A DNA stretch of 64,000 nucleotides from Eledone cirrhosa. Its lineage: Eukaryota. The notes beneath the pieces were generated by a model. The model was not told where the DNA came from. It made no database searches and worked only from the letters and a program-made list of their open reading frames with translations. Positions 54,529 to 64,000 of the stretch are shown here, piece after piece. Location: the NCBI GenBank assembly GCA_964016885.1, contig OZ024742.1, positions 119,164,001 through 119,228,000 on the forward strand. Reading direction: 5' to 3'. The translations under genes and the position numbers were made by a program. Each line of letters begins with the position of its first letter. Position 1 is the stretch's first letter.

Positions 54529-57500
54529 AGCTGCATTTATCTTGCTTTATGTTCATACGAGTTATCACCAAGTATCAACCAGTGACCTCAAGAGACAACA
54601 AGGTCCGCCATGTTCAAGAAAGAACATACATACTCACACATGCATCTTTAGTGTTTAGACTTGTGATGTACTTATATTGACAGAATCTTCCTTAGTATAT
54701 GGGCAGTTCCCATTAGTACTATCTTTTGTATTTCTCCTATACGCGGGTTTCCTGGGATTTGCGATAAGTAATCATTAGACCCCTTAGGTATCATTCCTAG
54801 AGCGCCTACAACCACTGGTATTGTTTTAGTTCTCAATTTCCACATTTTTCCAATTTCTATCTCCAGGTCCTTATACTTGCTCAATTTTTCAAATGTTTTT
54901 ATAGATACATTCTTGTCTATTGGAACGGACATATCAATTAGCAGGCATACCCTCTTTTTAAAGTCCTTCAATATTATATCAGGTCTATTTGCATCTATTT
55001 TTCGGTCTGTTTGGATGCTAAAGTTCCACAAGATTGAGATGTGATCTTTTTCAAGTATGGGAGGTGGTTGATGCTCCCACCAATTCTTTTGATGGGGCAG
55101 GTCATAATGCTTACACATTATCCAATGCATGTATTGTGCAGCTCTGTCATGCCTGTTTAGGTATTCGGTTGGAGCTATAGGACTGCACATTGAAATTATA
55201 TGGTCAATGGTCTCGGGTTGTTTTTTACATACACGGCATAATGGGCTGCATCCATTTTTTATTATGTTGGCTTGGTAATTTTTTGTTGGCAGACACTGAT
55301 CTTGTGCTGATATAATCAGTCCTTCAGTCTCCGATTTCAGTCCAGAAGATGCCAACCACTGATGGGTTAAAGTTTTGTCAACATCAGGATTGTTAGCTCG
55401 TTCTGGGTATTTTCCATACAGAGGCTTTTCTTGCCATTTCTTAGCCAGTTTCTGTAGCAGTTCTTTCTTTGCAGTTACTTTTACCTGCTTTGCTTTTTCT
55501 GTGTTTTCCATTTCAGCAGTAAATGGGACTTCTGAAATTTGTAGTCCATTACTGTATCGTTGTGCATCTTTTGTAATGGAGTATGATCTTTTGATGCTTT
55601 CGTGTTTCAAAACGAGTTTGATCATCAAATCATGTGATTCCCTTAGATATGTAGATAATCCAATTGTTGCAGTTTTCAACGCAATGTCTAACTGGATTAA
55701 CCCACGTCCTCCTTCTTTCCTAGGGAGATATATTCTATCTATATCTGCCTTAGGGTGATGCATTCTGTGCATGGTTAGGAATTTTCGAATTTTTGTATCG
55801 AGCCTACGGATCTCTGTGCTTGACCAGTTGATGACATTGTAACTGTAGGTTACTACTGGTATGGCAAGCGTGTTTATGGCATCGATCCTATTCCTTGCAT
55901 TCAATTCCGTTCTTAAGATTGCTCTTACTCTGCGGTAACATTCCTTCCTTATCCTTTCCCTCATTGTCGAGTGCTTGATTCCGTCTCCTTCACAAACACC
56001 TAGATATCTGTAAGTTTCCTCTTGATCAAGTTCTCTTATCACGTTCCCTCGATGAAGATTAATGTCTGAACTTTTCAGCAGCTTTCCTCTGGTGAACGTT
56101 GCTTTGGCGCATTTATCTAGTCCAAACTCCATTTTAATGTCATCACTGAACTGCTCCACAGTGGATAATAGCCCTTGCAATTGTTCATCATTTTTTGCAT
56201 ATAGTTTCAGGTCATCCATTTAGAACAAGTGATTAATGGTTTTGTCATAGACTTTATATCCATGTTTTGTTTCATTGAGCATTTTACTTAATGGTATAAG
56301 TGCGATGCAGAATAAAAGCGGTGATAAAGAGTCACCCTGAAAAATTCCACAATTAATATTAACTTCTCCAGCTTCCAGTGATTTTGTTTCACTATTCAAA
56401 AGGAGTGTCGTTTTCCATGTCTTCATACTGAATGACAAAAACCTCCTGACAACGGGGGATATTTTGAAAATCTCTAAACATTTTTCAATCCAACTGTGTG
56501 GCAAACTATCGAATGCTTTTTTATAATCTATCCAAGCAATCGATAGATTTTTGTGTCTATTATGACAATCTTCCAGTATCATTTTGTTAACCAGAAGCTG
56601 ATCCTTACAGCCATATGAGCCTCGTTTACACCCTTTCTGCTCAATGGGAAATAGGTCATTTGTTATCAGGTGGTCATATGTGTATTCAGTTAGGACTGAT
56701 GTTAAAATTTTATACATTGTGGTCAAGCAAGTTATCGGTCTGTAATTTTTGGGATTGTTTGTCTCATCATTCTTCGGAAGCAGGAATGTAATGCCGTTAA
56801 CTAGCCATGATGGTATCTTTTCTGGCTCCTTAACTATTTCATTGTAAAGTTGGGCTAACAGCTCATAAGACTCTGTGAAGGCATTTATCCAAAAGTTTTG
56901 TATTTTGTCTTTTCCTGGGGATTTCCATTTGCTGGTTTTTCTTAGAGCCAAGCGCAACTGTTCAACTGTTATATTTCCCATATTTGTTCCTCAAGGTGAG
57001 CTGTATCTTTCATTTGTCTGTCTATCCTTGGGGCATGTATGTTATGAACTTTTTCTTCGGCCCAGATCTTTTCCCAGAATTCTTGCACTTCCTCCTTGGG
57101 TGGTATTGATTTAGCAGTTATTGTTGACTTACCAATTTTTCTGTAGAAGTTTCTTTGGTTGTTTTTGAACATATTATTGTCCTTATAGAATCTAGATCGT
57201 TTTTCAAAGCGCCTTATACGAGCAGCTTTGGCCGACACTTTTTGTTTGATTATTTCTATCAGCATGTCTATGTCACTTGTTGATTTTATACTGTACTTTT
57301 TTTTCAATTTTCTAAGTTTAGTTTGTTTAACATGTTCACCTACTTTATAGTTTGTTAAAATTTCTATGTCAGATCGGAGAAGGTTTATTTGGCGGTTGAT
57401 GTTCTCTTGCCAAGTAGATTTCTTGTGCGAATTCCTTTGTTTTTTCATCTTCACTCCACATAAGTGAGTGGTGACTTTAGCCGATGCATAATAGAGATGA

Positions 57501-58417
57501 TTTAAATCAGTAATGTTTAGTTTGTTTGTGATGATAATGTTTTTGAGAATTATGTTAGTCTTGTGTATTATCTTTTGGTTCTGTTTGGAGTTCTGGATCT
57601 TAGGGAGGGTGTCTGGTTGCCCCATGTCAGATTCTTTCATTTTCATCCATTCGATCATAATTTCATCCTTCAAGTTGGCAAGTTCATTCTCATTCATTTC
57701 TTTATCATTTACGATCTCATTATTTTCATTTTGAGTTTCATCTTGAGCATGCACTCCCTCCACTTTTTCGATCCTTTCTTTAATTTGTTCTGTTGCCAGT
57801 GATTCCGCCCCAACCCTGGGATTCGAAGTGTTACAATTTACCTCGTTTTCACTGACACGTGTTTCATTTTCCCTTCGCTGACTTTGTGCTAATAGCTTGA
57901 TGTGATCAATTTCTATATCAGTTAGTAACTTTTTTCTTACAATATTTCTTCGTATATTGGCTAGTTTGTTGCTGTCAATATAGCCTCTGTTTTCGGGATG
58001 TTTCTTTTTCCAGTTGATATATGTCTGTTCTGTATTCGATGTATTTGATGGGTAGTACATGGCAGTGTAGAAAGCCTCAAGGACTTCTTTATTATCTTCC
58101 CTTGACCATTTTTCTCTCTTTTTCTTTGGATTTCTTGGTGGTGAGCATGGAGGGCCAACAGTAGGAGTATTCCGGTTATGGGAGGTCTCCAGCTCCGAAG
58201 TGATGGGAAGGTTTGAACCATTAGCTGATTTTTCGGCCCCAGTCTGGTTCCTCTCTGAGGGACGCGGCCCTTTTTTACCCGGGTGACGGCCGATCCAGTA
58301 TGAGATTTTATCATTAGACATTTACTTTATTTTGTCGCGTTTTATCCTTATCCGCCAAGGGGTAATCATTTCGTGTTACCACTTCTAGAACGAGTGTCAA
58401 CCAAGACTAGAGGGGTC

Positions 58418-58418
<1 letters not shown>
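54528..58418 (-). mobile_element. Apparently full-length R4/Dong-type RLE non-LTR retrotransposon in (TAA)n
   Basis: Single long ORF with RT, CCHC knuckle and PD-D endonuclease; (TTA)n at 54463-54527 and 58419-58454. Confidence 0.92.
54672..58321 (-). pseudogene. R4/Dong ORF with one frameshift (about 56975) and one nonsense codon (56220-56222, Y of YMDD)
   Basis: WKSPGKD, NYRPITCL, WIDYKKAFDS, GIFQGDSLSP, LF*MDD, CRVC..HIISMC, RPDIIL..IDMSVP..KLSKY. Confidence 0.95.
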
Positions 58419-58454
<36 letters not shown>

Positions 58455-58455
<1 letters not shown>

Positions 58456-60049
58456 AGTTGCATTTATCTTGCTTCATGTTCATACGAGTTATCACCAAGT
58501 CACAACCAGTGACCTCAAGAGACAACAAGGTCCGCCATGTTCAAGAAAGAACATACATACTCACACATGCATCTTTAGTGTTTAGACTTGTGATGTACTT
58601 ATATTGACAGAATCTTCCTTAGTATATGGGCAGTTCCCATTAGTACTATCTTTTGTATTTCTCCTATACGCGGGTTTCCTGGGATTTGCGATAAGTAATC
58701 AATAGACCCCTTAGGTATCATTCCCAGAGCGCCTACAACCACTGGTATTGTTTTAGTTCTCAATTTCCACATTTTTCCAATTTCTATCTCCAGGTCCTTA
58801 TACTTGCTCAATTTTTCACAATGTTTTTATAGATACATTCTTGTCTATTGGAACAGACATATCAATTAGCAGGCATACCCTCTTTTTAAAGTCCTTCAAT
58901 ATTATATCAGGTCTATTTGCATCTATTTTTCGGTCTGTTTGGATGCTAAAGTTCCACAGGATTGAGATGTGATCTTTTTCAAGCATGGGAGGTGGTTGAT
59001 GCTCCCACCAATTCTTTTGATGGCGCAGGTCAAAATGCTTACACATTATCCAATGTATGTATTGTGCAGCTCTGTCATGCCTGTTTAGGTATTCGGTTGG
59101 AGCTATAGGACTGCACATTGAAATTATATGGTCAATGGTCTCTGGTTGTTTTTTGCATACACGGCATAATGGGCTGCATCCATTTTTTATTATGTTGGCT
59201 TGGTAATTTTTTGTTGGCACACACTGATCTTGTGCTGATATAATCAGTCCTTCAGTCTCCGATTTCAGTCCAGAGGATGCCAACCACTGATGGGTTTTGT
59301 CAACATCAGGATTGTTAGCTCGCTCTGGGTATTTTCCATACAGAGGCTTTTCTTGCCATTTCTTAGCCAGTTTCTGTAGCAGTTCTTTCTTTGCAGTTAC
59401 TTTTATCTGCTTTGCTTTTTCTGTGTTTTCCATTTCAGCAGTAAATGGGACTTCTGAAATTTGTAGTCCATTACTGTATCGTTGTGCATCTTTTGTAATG
59501 GAGTATGATCTTTTGATGCTTTCGTGTTTCAAAACGAGTTTGATCATCAAATCATGTGATTCCCTTAGATATGTAGATAATCCAATTGTTGCAGTTTTCA
59601 ACGCAATGTCTAACTGGATTAACCCACGTCCTCCTTCTTTCCTAGGGAGATATATTCTATCTATATCTGCCTTAGGGTGATGCATTCTGTGCATGGTTAG
59701 GAATTTTCGAATTTTTGTATCGAGCCTACGGATCTCTGTGCTTGACCAGTTGATGACATTGTAACTGTAGGTTACTACTGGTATGGCAAGCGTGTTTATG
59801 GCATCGATCCTATTCCTTGCATTCAATTCCGTTCTTAAGATTGCTCTTACTCTGCGGTAACATTCCTTCCTTATCCTTTCCCTCATTGTCGAGTGCTTGA
59901 TTCCGTCTCCTTCACAAACACCTAGATATTTGTAAGTTTTTTCTTGATCAAGTTCTCTTATCACGTTCCCCCGATCAAGATTAATGTCTGAACTCTTCAG
60001 CAGCTTTCCTCTGGTGAACGTTGGTTTGGCGCATTTATCTAGTCCAAAC
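58455..60049 (-). mobile_element. 5'-truncated second copy of the same R4/Dong family
   Basis: Aligns with 54528-56128 with scattered substitutions, a 6-bp deletion near 59293 and a frameshift near 58816. Confidence 0.95.
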
Positions 60050-60090
60050 TTATTATTATTATTATTATTATTATTATTGTTATTGTTATT

Positions 60091-62458
60091 CCTTGAATCT
60101 CAGTCATTGATGTTGGTTAACTGGAAAGTCCGTTGGATTGAATATCAAGCCACTACCTGCAGCCTCAGATATTCAGGACGTATCGGTGGGTTCTTGCTGT
60201 TCCCAGCAAGCATGCCTTTTGAAGCGTTCCAAAAAGCGTGAAGGGGCCGATTTTCTTTAACCATCCTTGGAAACTTTTTGAGATAGTACCTAGTGCACCT
60301 ATGACAATCGGGACCAATTTGACTTCATGGCAGTTCCAATTCCTTTTTACCTCCCACTTTAAGTCCTGGTATGGGTTAATTTTCTCCCTCTCCTTCTCTT
60401 GCACTCTCGTGTCGAATGGGCAGGCCACATCCACAATCAGGCACGATCTTTTTTCTTTGTCCACAACCACCAGGTCAGGTCTATTGTGTTCCAGTTTCTT
60501 GTCCGTCTGTATCCTAAAATCCCACAGCACCTTCACCTGATCGTTTTCTATCACCGACTCTGGCTTATGCTCATACCACTTCTCAGCATGTGGTAAATTG
60601 TTTACTTTGCATAGGTGCCAGTGGACCACCCTGCCCATCACATCATGTCCCCAGCCCTTATAGTGAGTCTGGGCTAGGTGTTTACACTCGGATACAATGT
60701 GAGCCACAGTCTCCTCTCTCTCTCCACAGATCCTGCACAGTGGGATAGCCTCCTCCTTGTAAATATGGTGTTTCAACCACTTCGTTTTGTGGGCCTGCTC
60801 TTGTGCAGCCATTAACATTCCTTCTGTAGCCTTTTTAAGGTCTCCTCTTTTCAACCAGTTCCATGTCTGTGGATCTCTGAATTCAGTTTTCTCAAAGAAG
60901 GTACTAAGAAGGGATTTTTCCTGAAGGCTGCTCTTTCTCCTTGTTATTTCCTCCTTGGACATCCCCTGGTTTATTGTCCTCTCCTTCAGTACAGTTCTGA
61001 GCATTGGCTCCTTACTATCAGTCACGTATTTGTGTAGGTTGTTTTTCTCCATCTGAACACAGTCCTCTATGCTGATAAGACCTCTTCCACCTTCAGATCT
61101 CCTTAAGTAGAGTCTATCGACATCACTCCTCTTGTGGAACGTGTTGTAGATACTCAATAGCTTCCTAGTCTTCCTATCCATTTCTTTTTGTTCAGCAACA
61201 TTCCATCTCAGAATTCCCGCACTGTACCTAATAATAGACACAGCTCGGGAATTTACTGCACTTATGGCATTCCTACTGTTCAGATGTGACTTTAATACGC
61301 TCCTTACTCTCCGAATGTATTCAGTTCTTATCAATTCCTTCATTTTTTTGTTCTTGATGCCATCAGTCTCCAGAACACCCAAATACTTGTATCCCTCCTC
61401 AGTGTCAATCTCCTTTATCATCTCACCTCTTGGTACCTGGATTCTGTTATTTCTGCTCAATTTACCCCTCTTCATCACAAGGACTCCACACTTACTAATA
61501 CCAAATTGCATACATATATCATTGCTGAAAATACGGACAGTGTCAACAAGCACATCCAACTCCTTCTCACTCTTCCCGAAGAGCTTAAGATCGTCCATGA
61601 AGAGGAGGTGATTGATAGTAAGCTCTCCCTTTCCCAACTTGTATCCTGCTCTCACTTTTCGCTGTATAATGGTCAGGGGCATCAGGGCAAGGACAAACAA
61701 CAGAGGGGACAGACTATCTCCCTGGAAGATACCTCTCTTGATCTTCACGCCTCCCAAGGATTCTCCAGCTGATGTTAACTCTGTTTCCCAGGACTTCATA
61801 TTTTTGCCCAACAACTGTCTGATGTTATCTGCCACCCTGAAGATCTCCAGGCTTTTGGTGATCCAACAATGGGGCACCATGTCAAATGCCTTTTTGTAGT
61901 CTATCCATCCCATGGCAAGACCAGTGTGTCTCCTCTTGCAATTCCTCATTACCATCTTATCAATAAGTAACTGGTCCTTTGTACCACGGGACTTCTTTCG
62001 GCATCCTTTCTGTTCGTCCGGTAACAAGTTGTTTGTGTGGAGGTGATGGTAGATTTCCTCAGACATAATGCTTGTCAACAGTTTCCACATTACGGACAGA
62101 CATGTGATAGGTCTATAGTTGGTAACATCATTACCCTTGATTCGGTCTTTCATTATCAGAACTGTGGTACCTTTTGTCAACCACTCTGGCACCTCACCTG
62201 ACATCAAGCAGTCATTGAACATGGTTGTCAGTTTCGGGTGGAGGGATGTTATATTTTTAATCCAATACCCCTGTACACCATCTGGGCCTGGTGATTTCCA
62301 GTTGGTTAGTTTTTTGGCCTGCCCCTTAAGAGTTTCAACTGTGATACTCAAATCAGTTTGTTGGTGTGCCTGTTCACTAATCTCCTTCTGTACTGTCTCA
62401 ATCCACACTGCCTGGTGTTTAACATCCTGCTCCCATATTCCTTTCCAGAATGTTTTAG

Positions 62459-62462
<4 letters not shown>
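60091..62462 (-). mobile_element. 5'-truncated R4/Dong element of a second family
   Basis: Different 3' UTR and protein; (TTA)n at 60050-60090 and 62463-62532. Confidence 0.92.
60165..62408 (-). pseudogene. Uninterrupted 747-codon RT-RLE frame of the truncated second-family element
   Basis: WKSPGPD, GIFQGDSLSP, LFMDD, CRIC..HIVSEC, RPDLVV..VDVACP. Confidence 0.93.
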
Positions 62463-62532
<70 letters not shown>

Positions 62533-62745
62533 GAATATTGTGTTTATAATTACTATTATTTTTATCTACATATTCAATATTATTTTTATATCCTGCTTTA
62601 TGTAACGCTTCATTATAGTATCCAGCATTAGTATTAAAAATAGATTTGTTAGCAGATAATCTAGTTATACTTTGTTGAACACTATTGACTATTAACACTT
62701 TTAGGATGATTAGAATAAAAACTAACATAATTTAGGTTTTCATTA
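62533..62745 (-). pseudogene. Penelope-like RT C-terminal (thumb) fragment
   Basis: NENLNYVSFYSNHPK, frameshift, then SITRLSANKSIFNTNAGYYNEALHKAGY, matching the PLE pattern Y..SNHP..RLS..F..Y..AL..GY. Confidence 0.78.
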
Positions 62746-62763
62746 GATTAAATATATATATTG

Positions 62764-62877
<114 letters not shown>

Positions 62878-62973
62878 TAACAGATTAAAGTTTAAGCAAT
62901 GAATCGCTGCTTTCACCCTTAACGACGGGATCTTCTGGAACTAAAAAAGTCAATCTGTATATATATATATATG

Positions 62974-63830
<857 letters not shown>

Positions 63831-63873
63831 AAATGAGGGTTTCTTAAATGAAAAAAAACCGGATGTCCTAGAC

Positions 63874-64000
63874 CACAGGTTCTCAACCCATTTAGGCCAA
63901 ACGCCCCCTTTTGTCCCTCGAAATCACGAAACGCCCCCCTTCCCACCCTATTTTTCCATTTTTAAATATACTACTGATTTTTATATCAGTAGATTACTAA
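63874..64000 (+). mobile_element. Probable left end of a hAT (Charlie-like) MITE
   Basis: CACAGGTTCTCAACC after TCCTAGAC, repeated subterminal AAACGCCCCC; other end outside the window. Confidence 0.45.

Overview
AT-rich, microsatellite-dense animal DNA, probably an octopus or other cephalopod (inferred from the SINE family and repeat landscape). No host protein-coding gene can be supported; the window is almost entirely transposable elements. Main contents: (1) a full-length but frameshifted RTE LINE (about 219-4410) with an 11-bp target-site duplication and an HDV-like ribozyme fold at its 5' end; (2) three R4/Dong-type RLE retrotransposons stacked head-to-tail in (TAA)n repeats (54528-62462); (3) flanking that stack, the RT-thumb fragment (62533-62745) and GIY-YIG endonuclease (53913-54360, missed by the ORF track) of what looks like one Penelope-like element (PLE); (4) about a dozen short segments from several families that end at (TA)n/(CA)n tracts and carry type I hammerhead ribozyme motifs, many forming near-perfect asymmetric palindromes with both 3' ends pointing outward; (5) many tRNA-derived SINEs, a hAT-type MITE, a hAT transposase relic, a Helitron-like element and LINE fragments. 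The most interesting system is the microsatellite-targeted, hammerhead-bearing palindromic PLE termini together with a candidate autonomous partner in the same window. All alignments and folds were done by eye; coordinates of decayed repeats are approximate.
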